DNA of 64,000 nucleotides from positions 1 to 64,000 of the IMG/VR virus record IMGVR_UViG_3300024239_000015, one strand, 5' to 3'. This document shows positions 24,745 to 33,681 of the stretch, piece after piece. Each line of letters opens with the position of its first letter. The first letter of the stretch is position 1. Under the pieces are notes generated by a model. It saw nothing but the letters and a program-made list of their open reading frames with translations, did no database searches and was not told the origin of the DNA. The translations under genes and the position numbers were made by a program.

Positions 24745-27054
24745 CTACTCTTCGCTGTTCCAAACCACCATCGGAGTCATGTCACGTGACTCCCAACCTT
24801 CTATTACAGGAGGTGTGCCGTCTACCCCCCACGAAGGAGGGAAGTAGTCTGATACCATTTTCGTTAGATGTTTCTCGTGGGTGTAATACCCCAAGGACTC
24901 TAAGATCAAATAGTAACTGGTCATTAACCCATAGATCAATTTCCGGTAGTTCATCATCTCCAGTAACTCTTCTGGGATTCCGTGGACTTCAGCATAACTG
25001 ATGGGTAGGTAGATAGTCGTTAAATACTTTTTGTTGTATTTACGCATCCACTGACGGAATCGTTCGGCTAAGTCTTGGTCGGGCAGGGAATCCAACCACG
25101 TGTTGACTTTGTTCGGTGTATTAGTCAACATCGACATCTTAATCGCACGGTACGGAGGTTCGGTGATGACTCCGTATTTCGGTGCAAAGACCTCCTGCCA
25201 TAACGTGTAGTTCAAATACGGAGAGTTTTCGTTTTTGTACCCCTTCGCAGGTTTGATGGTTGCTGTGGAGAAAAACAACGAATCGCCGTTTCCAATCCCG
25301 TGTTTAATACGGTGTTCTTCGTCTGCGACTTGCTGCAGTATTGCGCGCAGCTCTATTTTCTTCCCACTGGAAATCGTCGTCAGTATCGTTTCAATGAGTT
25401 CATCCGACTTGTCCATTAAGTACGTAGGGGCTTTGGAGTTCCGTAACGTCGCTCCTTTGATCTCCAGTTCGTGTTTCTTAAAGACAATCCCTTCTTTTAC
25501 GGCTTGGCTTGCAAAGTAGTGTTTTGCCATACTGGTTAAAAAGAACACAGGGAAACTGTATTCATTTTTCATTGCCAGCATGTGGATTTTCTCTGTCACC
25601 ACACCCATGTTCGCTGACATCAACGCCAGTAGGTGTACGGTCAACTGAGAACACAAATAAGTGACCGCAGCACTCACGTTTGCGCTACGTTCACCAAACT
25701 CCAACTCCCCGACATACCACTCTGTCCAGTACTGGGTAGAGAAGATACTGGAGTCAGTATCTGACGCCACCACACACCTACGTATCGATTCAGGAAAGTG
25801 AGCCATACTCGCTGGCATGTTGGGTGTACGCCAAAACGCACGGATGAAGTCTGCGTAGTCCTGTACGGTTTCGTACAACTGCTTCGCTAACGCACCAATC
25901 CAACCGTAATGTGGTCCGTTCACAACGTCATCGTCCTTGAGTTTTTTCCCGTCGAGCTCGCGGTGTGCGATGATCACTAGCAGGATCTGAGCGTCTTCGT
26001 CTAACTTTTTAATCCACCCAGCCGTTTCTTCCGCTGGGATGTGTTGTGTAGGTTTCTCAGATAAACCACCAAGTAGACGTCGTACAAACTCAGGATGTAA
26101 CTCCGCTAAGCTGTACATACACCCCGTATAGACATACGCGGCTCTTTCGATGTCCGATAACGCTTCTACCAACAACCGCAGCTTCTCTTCGAGTTCTGGA
26201 CTTCTCCAGTACAACCGCGTGGAACGTAACACGTGTTCAAACGTGTACTCTACACTTGGATACCCAAGTTTATATTTTTGCATCGCAGCGCGTATAGCGT
26301 CGTAGTCGGAGTGGTTGACAATACTGACGATATTCTGCTGTGCGATTTCATAGCTCCAGTAGTGACGGTTTCCTAACAGAAAACGCTCTACGTTCGCGTT
26401 TGTATTGGAAGACGCGCTACGACACGTACTGGTGAGTGTACTGTGAGCTGAGACCAAACACAATACAGACGACTTCGTACCATGCGCACCTGAGACTGAG
26501 TTACACTTGATCTTGTTTCGGTTCTGTCGGTTGTTGTAGATGTTCTGCATCAGTGTGTTCCCCGCACGTTTCGCGTCAAACATCAACCCTTTGTTTTTGT
26601 TTCGGTTAGCAAGCTCGCCTACTAAGTAACGTCCGGTTAGAGACTCTTTGACTTTTGGGTTCGCGTACACCGTTAAGTTAGGAGCAATCGCAGACCCTAA
26701 ACGTACTGCTTTTTTGAGAATCTCTGTTAAAGGGACTAATTTCTGTTCACGATCCCCGTCAACCTCACGTTCCAGTATCTTTACCTTCGGGTCTACAAAA
26801 GGAAACTTTCCTGTATTCCCAGGTTTGGTGTTCGCTACTACCCATTTTAAAACTTCTTCGAAGGGTTTCCCTGTACGCAAGCTGATGTACTTCGCAACGT
26901 CACGTGCGTACGTTTTATAAAAATCTAACGAGCGCTTATACTCTTCAGGCGCTAGAACAAATGGATTGGACATCGTAAACGTCTCTTGTAATTTCAGTGC
27001 ACTAAACGATAGACCGTAAAGGTCAAAAAAGACAGACGGCATAAAAGGAAGCAT
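24745..27054 (-). CDS. Family B DNA polymerase, polymerase domain (phiKZ gp50-like)
   Basis: KIKCNSVSG (KxxxNS.YG-like) and VASDTDSS (DTDS) motifs; likely true start MSNPFV at 26973. Confidence 0.9.
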   Translation of the reverse strand: MLPFMPSVFFDLYGLSFSALKLQETFTMSNPFVLAPEEYKRSLDFYKTYARDVAKYISLRTGKPFEEVLKWVVANTKPGNTGKFPFVDPKVKILEREVDGDREQKLVPLTEILKKAVRLGSAIAPNLTVYANPKVKESLTGRYLVGELANRNKNKGLMFDAKRAGNTLMQNIYNNRQNRNKIKCNSVSGAHGTKSSVLCLVSAHSTLTSTCRSASSNTNANVERFLLGNRHYWSYEIAQQNIVSIVNHSDYDAIRAAMQKYKLGYPSVEYTFEHVLRSTRLYWRSPELEEKLRLLVEALSDIERAAYVYTGCMYSLAELHPEFVRRLLGGLSEKPTQHIPAEETAGWIKKLDEDAQILLVIIAHRELDGKKLKDDDVVNGPHYGWIGALAKQLYETVQDYADFIRAFWRTPNMPASMAHFPESIRRCVVASDTDSSIFSTQYWTEWYVGELEFGERSANVSAAVTYLCSQLTVHLLALMSANMGVVTEKIHMLAMKNEYSFPVFFLTSMAKHYFASQAVKEGIVFKKHELEIKGATLRNSKAPTYLMDKSDELIETILTTISSGKKIELRAILQQVADEEHRIKHGIGNGDSLFFSTATIKPAKGYKNENSPYLNYTLWQEVFAPKYGVITEPPYRAIKMSMLTNTPNKVNTWLDSLPDQDLAERFRQWMRKYNKKYLTTIYLPISYAEVHGIPEELLEMMNYRKLIYGLMTSYYLILESLGYYTHEKHLTKMVSDYFPPSWGVDGTPPVIEGWESRDMTPMVVWNSEE

Positions 27055-27069
27055 CCGCTTCCCTAGTCT

Positions 27070-27100
27070 AAAAAAAAGAGGGGGTCAGCAAACCCCCTTT
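27070..27100 (-). terminator. Intrinsic terminator
   Basis: Stem agggggt/accccct, followed by T8 on the minus strand. Confidence 0.7.
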
Positions 27101-27219
27101 GTCTCTAAGGCATTGGGGAAAGCCAAAGACGAGGTTCAGGTACATGTCGTATTCCACCGCCGAAAGGACACCCAGCGTGGTCTACATACCATAGTCGTCA
27201 ATGTCAAAAAAAAAACGTG

Positions 27220-27248
27220 AAAAAAGAGAGGAGCGTATAGCTCCTCTC
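27220..27248 (-). terminator. Intrinsic terminator
   Basis: gagaggagc-gtata-gctcctctc, followed by T6 on the minus strand. Confidence 0.75.
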
Positions 27249-27417
27249 GTGGTGGTTTATCAAACCCAATTTTCATGAAGGAAGAATTGCGTAAAACTAA
27301 ACAACGAGCTGTAGACTCCCCAGGAGGCGAGGATGACCTCCGAAGTGGAACCGGTTTAGAGACTACACGAAAAGTACGGACTCTAAAACTTCTCACCTCA
27401 GAGGTAACTACATAGTA

Positions 27418-27843
27418 TTACGACTGTATTTTAAAAGACGTAATGGTAAACCCATTACTCTGTAACGCTTCTTCTACCAATGGACGTTTCAGTGGATCGA
27501 CGCCATCGAGTTCAATCACAAACTTTGTTGTCGTGTGGACTTCGATACTCGATTCCACCAGCCACGGTAAGCCAATGAATCGTGTACTGCCATCCATCGT
27601 TTTGATCTTCAACCACTCGTAGTCATACGGACTGTTTGGTTTTGGATCTGGTAAGAAAGGTAGGATGTTCGCATGCAGTGCAGCAACGTCCGTTCCTGCC
27701 TGTGCGGCTGTTTCGGTATCGGCAATCGACAATGCTTTTGCTCGAATAATCGGTGGGATTACACTCGGCGCGCACGTCGTCGCTGAGATGGTATTACGCA
27801 GTTGGAAATAGTCTTGCCAAGCCATACAGGGCTCCTCTTTCAA
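27418..27843 (-). CDS. Conserved hypothetical protein upstream of DNA polymerase (gp49-like position)
   Basis: 141-aa ORF; DYEWLKIKTMDGSTRFIGLPWL beta-rich core. Confidence 0.7.
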   Translation of the reverse strand: MKEEPCMAWQDYFQLRNTISATTCAPSVIPPIIRAKALSIADTETAAQAGTDVAALHANILPFLPDPKPNSPYDYEWLKIKTMDGSTRFIGLPWLVESSIEVHTTTKFVIELDGVDPLKRPLVEEALQSNGFTITSFKIQS

Positions 27844-28145
27844 AATTCAATAGCGACGGTGTCGTCTTCCCATAACATCACCCGATACGGCGGATTGCCT
27901 AACCGATACACCCGCAGTACTTTCTCTAATAAACACTTCCCAGTCAAGTACACGTCTCTGAGTATACCGTAGGGATCAGTGAACACCCCTAAAGCAATCT
28001 CCGTTAAGAGTTGTGAAAACGACAGGTTTAATGCAACGTGTGAGCGTGGGTCATCGACGTACTCCGAGTACGTGAGCATGGCCGCACAAAGAAAGTCATT
28101 GTACTCAGACTCCACCTCACGTAGATCGACTATAAGCACACCCAT
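27840..28145 (-). CDS. Small protein, paralog-array member
   Basis: 101 aa; VLIVDL ... EDDTVAIEF; 4-nt overlap with the next gene. Confidence 0.7.
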   Translation of the reverse strand: MGVLIVDLREVESEYNDFLCAAMLTYSEYVDDPRSHVALNLSFSQLLTEIALGVFTDPYGILRDVYLTGKCLLEKVLRVYRLGNPPYRVMLWEDDTVAIEF

Positions 28146-28524
28146 GGTATTCCCTTTTGATCATTTCGCCAAACAACACAAAATCAGACACGCCGTCTAA
28201 ACGGATGTCCCGCCACTGCACTCCCGCATCGAAGATTCCATACCGAGCAAAGAGATCTCCTACGCGACGGACACAGTCTCGCATGACCTCTGCTTTTAAC
28301 GGGTCCATCCCCACGTGTTCTTTGATCCAATAGCCTCGATGTGCATTGACCGCACACAACGCTGCTTCCACCAGTACGTCTTCGACTCTTACGTCAAACC
28401 ACCCCAACGAGAGGAGGTCGTCGTAAAGTCGTTCGTACTCGCCCTCCACGGGGATATACGTCACAGTCGCGTTGGTGTACGCTTTGACCGTTTCCCCGAC
28501 TTCATTGGTTTTGTACAGACTCAT
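28117..28524 (-). CDS. Small protein, paralog-array member
   Basis: 135 aa; VTYIPV ... DGVSDFVLFG. Confidence 0.7.
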   Translation of the reverse strand: MSLYKTNEVGETVKAYTNATVTYIPVEGEYERLYDDLLSLGWFDVRVEDVLVEAALCAVNAHRGYWIKEHVGMDPLKAEVMRDCVRRVGDLFARYGIFDAGVQWRDIRLDGVSDFVLFGEMIKREYHGCAYSRST

Positions 28525-28530
28525 GGTTGA

Positions 28531-28932
28531 CTATGCCTCATTCACTGGATAAAACACCACATAAAGATCACCTGCGACTTCATGAACCTCTGCTGGAGTG
28601 TAGTCGTACATATCTACGACGTTCATACTAAAGAAGTGCCTCAGTTCCGGCTCTAGTATCTGAGCCATTTGCATGATCTTGTTCCAAATTTCACTTTGTA
28701 CTTTCTCCATTTCTACACCTGGATGGTCCCGACAGTAGAGTTCCGTCTGTTGGTAGATGTGCTCCCACAGCTGATCGCGAGTCCCCATGTGCACCGCGTG
28801 ATGGTTATCCGGGTGCATGTAGTACTGGATCACCAAGAACAACATATCACTGTCGTTAAACACAGGGTTTCTTCCTAGTTGCAGTACGTGCTCTAAAAGA
28901 TGAGACGTACCGAATATAAACATCTTTTTCAT
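28531..28932 (-). CDS. Small protein, paralog-array member
   Basis: 133 aa; MFIFGT ... AGDLYVVFYP. Confidence 0.7.
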   Translation of the reverse strand: MKKMFIFGTSHLLEHVLQLGRNPVFNDSDMLFLVIQYYMHPDNHHAVHMGTRDQLWEHIYQQTELYCRDHPGVEMEKVQSEIWNKIMQMAQILEPELRHFFSMNVVDMYDYTPAEVHEVAGDLYVVFYPVNEA

Positions 28933-28989
28933 AGCGGGTGGGATTCCTTTTTTCTAAACCAAAGCAAGAGGAGCATAGCGTCGGAGTAC

Positions 28990-29391
28990 TTAGACTCCGA
29001 CGGGTTGGTGTGTACCAAACGTCACGTAAAGCTCACTGGTGGGTTTTCCATATGAGCTTCCTACGTGTTCTACGCCCCAAGGTTTTTGTAAGTAGGGTTT
29101 TAAGTAAAGAGAGAAGATCGGATCTTTACGGAGGATCTCGATCTCTATAGCGATTGCTGTTTCTTCACTTAACCGATAAAGACTTTCTTGGTCGAGGGTG
29201 TGCTGTTGACTCAAGTAATGATCCAACACACTGCTGTATAACTCTCCTGGTACTTCGTAGGGAGCTTCGACAAAAAGCTCCCATCCACGAACCACCATGT
29301 CCCAATACAGCCCTGTTCCTAAGTACCGTCCAAACGGTGCGCGTAAGTCTTCAAAAGGAACCACCACTACGTATTTCTCCGTGGGGGTCAT
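28990..29391 (-). CDS. Small protein, paralog-array member
   Basis: 133 aa; YVVVVPF ... SELYVTFG. Confidence 0.7.
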   Translation of the reverse strand: MTPTEKYVVVVPFEDLRAPFGRYLGTGLYWDMVVRGWELFVEAPYEVPGELYSSVLDHYLSQQHTLDQESLYRLSEETAIAIEIEILRKDPIFSLYLKPYLQKPWGVEHVGSSYGKPTSELYVTFGTHQPVGV

Positions 29392-29834
29392 AAGTCCTCC
29401 GGTAAGACTGGGGTTTCAGTATCCACAGTAACGGTTGTACAGGAGTACTCCAGTTCACGAAACCCTACCGCTAACCACTCGTCGTTGAGTAAACGGTAGT
29501 CGTGCAGTAGATAGTTGGGTGTGTACTGGATGTGATCGGCAATTAAACAGATCAACGTGTTGATCGCTTGGTTGTGATACTCTTGCAGCAACTGCCACTC
29601 TTTAAAGTTTGCAGCACAACGGTGATACACTCGTGCAAGCTCTACGTCAATGTAGTCTTGTTTGGAGCGTTGAGCAAACACCACTTCCAGTAGACTGCGT
29701 AAGACGTCTTCTCTGTCTTTGATCCAGAACGGTTCTCCGCCTAGAAGAGTTTTAACGTTCTGTGCTAGTGTGGTGTGTACTCCCGCAACGTAAAGCACGT
29801 GACCACTGTACTCAGGGGACACGGGATGCATCAC
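29388..29834 (-). CDS. Small protein, paralog-array member
   Basis: 148 aa; HVLYVAG ... NDEWLAVGF. Confidence 0.7.
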   Translation of the reverse strand: MMHPVSPEYSGHVLYVAGVHTTLAQNVKTLLGGEPFWIKDREDVLRSLLEVVFAQRSKQDYIDVELARVYHRCAANFKEWQLLQEYHNQAINTLICLIADHIQYTPNYLLHDYRLLNDEWLAVGFRELEYSCTTVTVDTETPVLPEDL

Positions 29835-30679
29835 GCCACCCCAAGGACACGTTTAAGGACCGCGGAGAGTTCTTCCAGCGCGTAGGTGGTTTCTACTGCT
29901 TGAGAGATCAGTTTTGCTTGTGCTCCGCCTACGTACGTAAAGAGCACGGTGTCGTTGACCAATACGTCAAACTTAGCCTCGTTCTCACCTTGAGCCAACT
30001 GAACTTTAAATGACTCTTTTCCTTCGGTGGGTTCTGCTAGGAAACCACTGTAACTACTGTGTGCCACGTAAAACGATTCATTGCTCTGCAGTAAGTCCAT
30101 GACTTGTCTTACGGACAGAATACGTTCTTTCGGAGCAATTGGTTTGAGTACTGTCTCTACCTCATGTTTGAAAAGCCGTAGTTGTAAATCGGTCGTAACC
30201 TGCTCTTTCGTTCGTTTGGCTTGCTGTAATTCCCACTCGATGATTCGTGCGTCTCCTAAGTACTGAATGTACAGACTAGAACCATCGCAGTGCACCGACC
30301 ACACGGAGTGAGGAGCGACTTTAAGCGCACGAGAGAGTTCATCCAGTAACTGGTCTTTCAAAGGAACCAGTAGACGATCGTACACACGTGTCGAGTACTC
30401 GTGGTTATCGATCCCATCGAAGATAAACGCAGGGTGTAAGTCATGGACTGCTAACAACCACGCTTCTTCTAACCGTACGTAATCCCCCACGCAACTCGCA
30501 TCGTCCAGTATAAACCGTACGGTGTGTTCTACGATACGATCTGCAACGTCCCCTGTAGGTGTGGCGTCCCAACGAAACTCTGGAAAGAGCGCCTGGTGGA
30601 TCACTTGGATGTGTGACCACACGTCAAACATATACGTTTTTTTCTGTGCAGATTTATCGGGTATGCTTAACTGATTCAT
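29831..30679 (-). CDS. Two-domain protein, paralog-array member with a C-terminal extension
   Basis: 282 aa; TYMFDVW ... DGSSLYIQY, then about 130 extra residues. Confidence 0.7.
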   Translation of the reverse strand: MNQLSIPDKSAQKKTYMFDVWSHIQVIHQALFPEFRWDATPTGDVADRIVEHTVRFILDDASCVGDYVRLEEAWLLAVHDLHPAFIFDGIDNHEYSTRVYDRLLVPLKDQLLDELSRALKVAPHSVWSVHCDGSSLYIQYLGDARIIEWELQQAKRTKEQVTTDLQLRLFKHEVETVLKPIAPKERILSVRQVMDLLQSNESFYVAHSSYSGFLAEPTEGKESFKVQLAQGENEAKFDVLVNDTVLFTYVGGAQAKLISQAVETTYALEELSAVLKRVLGVA

Positions 30680-30697
30680 GTCTAGTGGGTTTCCTTT

Positions 30698-31162
30698 TTA
30701 GTCTTCTAACCGATACCATACGACGGTACGAGATTCAAACGACATCTCGTCATAGATCTCAACCACTAACATCCCATCGGGGCTAGTGATGAGCGACGCG
30801 ATGCTTTCGAAGTAATCCTGATACTCTTGCGCTCTTGGATAGATCGCATCAAGGATATCGGAGATCACTGCATTAAACGCTTCGTCGTCTTCTATTTGTC
30901 CTTCCAACGACCTGTACAGGGAATTATGCAATAAACTGTACCACGTTCCTCGCTTGTGTTCCACGAACGATTCCACCAACACGCTATACACCATGTAGTG
31001 ACTTGCATCCAAGCGTTCTAACAACTCCTCAGTACGTGGTCCTAAGAAATTCTCTGGAATCTCTTCTATATAAGCAGGATGTCCATCCTTTAGAATGGTG
31101 GCTAGTTCTTCTTTTGTTTTAAACATTTCATTTCCTCCAGCATACAGCAACGTTCCCGTCAA
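30698..31162 (-). CDS. Small acidic protein, probable paralog-array member
   Basis: Likely start MFKTKEE after a GGAGG RBS; ends SRTVVWYRLED. Confidence 0.65.
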   Translation of the reverse strand: MTGTLLYAGGNEMFKTKEELATILKDGHPAYIEEIPENFLGPRTEELLERLDASHYMVYSVLVESFVEHKRGTWYSLLHNSLYRSLEGQIEDDEAFNAVISDILDAIYPRAQEYQDYFESIASLITSPDGMLVVEIYDEMSFESRTVVWYRLED

Positions 31163-31538
31163 AGGTATCGTAGAAACTCACGTCAGGTACGTGGTGGTGT
31201 TCATACGCCATGGTTGAGACAGGGTGTAACTCACGGTACACGTCAACGAACACCAGCTCCAAAAGTTCCATCCGTAAAGTAGAGCACTGTACGAGTTCGT
31301 GGTATACGTGACGTTCTCCTGCGAGAGAACGGATGTGTAAGTACTCATCTGCAATCTGGTCGATTGCGCCTAGCCAAATCCCACGCACGATAGCCTCTAG
31401 TCCTCGAAAGAAAGGATGTTCTAACCAGATGGGGTGTTGTCCTTGCTGTGTGTGTACAATCTGTTGGATGCGGTGGTGCATCCGAGTGTACGCTGGAAGT
31501 AAGTCTACTATAAAGGTAGCACGCAAACGTTCGTCCAC
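31128..31538 (-). CDS. Small protein, first gene of the paralog array
   Basis: 136 aa; TFIVDLL ... DGNVAVCWRK; promoter motif at 31584-31596. Confidence 0.7.
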   Translation of the reverse strand: MDERLRATFIVDLLPAYTRMHHRIQQIVHTQQGQHPIWLEHPFFRGLEAIVRGIWLGAIDQIADEYLHIRSLAGERHVYHELVQCSTLRMELLELVFVDVYRELHPVSTMAYEHHHVPDVSFYDTFDGNVAVCWRK

Positions 31539-31583
31539 TGAGACCTCTTCTATTTATTACGAAAGATGGTTAATGTCATTGAA

Positions 31584-31596
31584 ATAATATATATCT
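31584..31596 (-). promoter_or_regulatory. Putative early promoter motif upstream of the paralog array
   Basis: ataatatatatct equals AGATATATATTAT on the minus strand. Confidence 0.55.
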
Positions 31597-31651
31597 CAAC
31601 GACGTTCCACATGTGATATGCGTTTATCGTAAATATAAACGCTTTAGAGCG

Positions 31652-31681
31652 GCATACTAGGGTAGGTCTACCCTACCCTAG
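31652..31681 (-). terminator. Hairpin after phuZ, followed by TATGC
   Basis: ctagggtagg..cctaccctag, then TATGC on the minus strand. Confidence 0.6.
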
Positions 31682-31689
31682 CTGGTCGA

Positions 31690-32709
31690 CTACAAAATCA
31701 AACCTGAGCCCGTAGAATCGCTCTCACCACCTAAGGCGGACGTCTCTGGCAGACTGGCTTGTTGTTGTTGGATGGCAGTTAAACGCTCTTTAGCGATGGA
31801 GTACAGTTTCTCCACACCTACAGTCGTGATCACTAACTGTAGTTGTTTCAGGTCGTCGTCGTTTCCTGCTGGAGCTAATAACCCATCGCAGATGTACCCA
31901 GCAGCGACCGGTGGGTAGTAGTCTGGGTTACTGGACAAACTGAATAAACTGATTGGGAACTCCACGTCTTTGAGTTCGTCGTCGTTTAGACAGTAGTCAA
32001 TTAAAGCCAGTTGAGGTTTGACCTGAGTCACACGGTTGTAGAACACCCAGTTGATCACGTCCGAACTATCTACACGAGAGTTCTCACCAGAGACCGCACG
32101 AGAAATATACGACACTAAACGTCGTGCTTCTGAGTCGGCTTCTGTTGCAGTATAACCATCATTCAGTGGATCAGTCAGCACATAGAACATCGACATCGGT
32201 ACGTTACGTCCCCGTGCCATTTTGTCTAACGACTCGATGACCTTGACGTTGTTCTGTGCGCTCAGCGCAGATTCTGCTGAACCGATAAAGATCGCCACCA
32301 CAGGGATACCTAACTCTAACAAACGAGCCTGCAGTAACGATGCAGCGACGTTTCCACTTCCGCCTGTCGTAGAGGCCAGTACGATATTAAAATCGCCCGG
32401 TGCGTGTTTCTGAAGGATTTGTGGGATGTGCTTCTCAATATCAGAAGCCAACTGACCACGGACTTTACCTGCACCATCTTTCTTATCACCCAGTGGAACG
32501 ATATACACCGACTCCGTAGGAATAGCGTCGGTTAAGTTCGCTTTGGAGGTGTCGATATACGCGATTTCTAATTCCGCGTGTCCTGGGACTTGCTGCTCTA
32601 CCGCACTTTGAAAGTACGCTGCGTTGTTGATCCCCGCGCCACCACAGCCATAAATACGTAATGTTTTCTTCATTCTAGTTTCCTTCTTCAGTGTAAACCT
32701 ATGAGCCAA
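31690..32709 (-). CDS. phuZ: Phage tubulin PhuZ
   Basis: GCGGAGIN, IDTS, DGAGKVR, TTGGSG and DSSDVIN tubulin/FtsZ motifs; likely start MKKTLRIYG. Confidence 0.93.
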   Translation of the reverse strand: MAHRFTLKKETRMKKTLRIYGCGGAGINNAAYFQSAVEQQVPGHAELEIAYIDTSKANLTDAIPTESVYIVPLGDKKDGAGKVRGQLASDIEKHIPQILQKHAPGDFNIVLASTTGGSGNVAASLLQARLLELGIPVVAIFIGSAESALSAQNNVKVIESLDKMARGRNVPMSMFYVLTDPLNDGYTATEADSEARRLVSYISRAVSGENSRVDSSDVINWVFYNRVTQVKPQLALIDYCLNDDELKDVEFPISLFSLSSNPDYYPPVAAGYICDGLLAPAGNDDDLKQLQLVITTVGVEKLYSIAKERLTAIQQQQASLPETSALGGESDSTGSGLIL

Positions 32710-32757
32710 AAGACGAGCTGTCTACATAAGACTAGAGCCGTCGTTAGTTTTTAACCG

Positions 32758-33639
32758 ATGGAGTTCCTGATGAACGCAATTCAGTATTTACTCAACCGAA
32801 TCAAACAGGAGATTCCTCCTCAGATTATCGAACGGGTGTTCGCTCCACAAGTGATCCGTTCTGTACGTCAAGCTGCGCCTGCTTATGGATTCCAATTTGC
32901 AAATAGCATCGATGCGCAATTAATAGACAAGGTCATCGAAGGGCGTTTGCGTCCTGACTTAGACTACGCAGGCGGTACGTCTGTGGATATCTCCTTAGAC
33001 GGTTTAGCTCACCAAGAGCTGGATTCTCCATTTGCATACGAAGGACGCTTTAACGTCATCTATCAAATTCCAAAGAGTAGAACCAATGGTTTAGAGATCA
33101 CCGCTGTGCATGCGTTTATCTACGGGATTAACTCACAGGTAGGGAGCACGTCGTACTCGGGTGGGCAATGGCCTTACACCACAGCGAACTCCACGATCAT
33201 CCAGCAAGGGATGCAAGGGATGCTGAACGCAGTGTCGCCTATTCCTATCTCTCAGTCTGCTAACACTACGATCATTGGTCCAAACACCATTCTGATCACC
33301 GACTGGACTCCTTTAGTCAGAAATGGATACATGTCTGTGCTTTTAGGGTACGACAGTCAATTTGCGACTATTCCTTCGAAGTACTACCACGCGCTTTCTA
33401 AGTTAGCGATCCTCGCCACCAAAGCGTGGATCTACAACAACTACTTATTAGAGATGGGCGAGCAAGAGTTGTTCTACGGGATGACGTTAGATCGTTTCAC
33501 CAGTATCATCGAACGGTACGAAGACGCGAATGACCTGTACGCAGAGTACTTAGCAACACAGTGGAAAGCGATGGCGCTCTTAGCCGATCCAAAGTCGGCA
33601 ATGAAACACTACCGGATGTTAATCGCCGGTGGACAATAA
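32758..33639 (+). CDS. Conserved probable virion structural protein
   Basis: 293-aa ORF divergent from phuZ; MNAIQYLLNRIKQEIP..I start typical of phiKZ-like structural genes. Confidence 0.55.
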   Translation: MEFLMNAIQYLLNRIKQEIPPQIIERVFAPQVIRSVRQAAPAYGFQFANSIDAQLIDKVIEGRLRPDLDYAGGTSVDISLDGLAHQELDSPFAYEGRFNVIYQIPKSRTNGLEITAVHAFIYGINSQVGSTSYSGGQWPYTTANSTIIQQGMQGMLNAVSPIPISQSANTTIIGPNTILITDWTPLVRNGYMSVLLGYDSQFATIPSKYYHALSKLAILATKAWIYNNYLLEMGEQELFYGMTLDRFTSIIERYEDANDLYAEYLATQWKAMALLADPKSAMKHYRMLIAGGQ

Positions 33640-33644
33640 GACAA

Positions 33645-33677
33645 CATAAAGAGGGAGGCTCGAGCCTCCCTCTATGC
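33645..33677. terminator. Convergent-junction hairpin flanked by CATA/TATGC
   Basis: cataaa-gagggaggc-tcga-gcctccctc-tatgc. Confidence 0.65.
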
Positions 33678-33681
33678 TGGT

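Noticed and set aside
27136-27396. 86-aa ORF in the gap upstream of the polymerase
   Set aside because: No RBS, GTG start, and it crosses a strong terminator; treated as a shadow of probable non-coding units.
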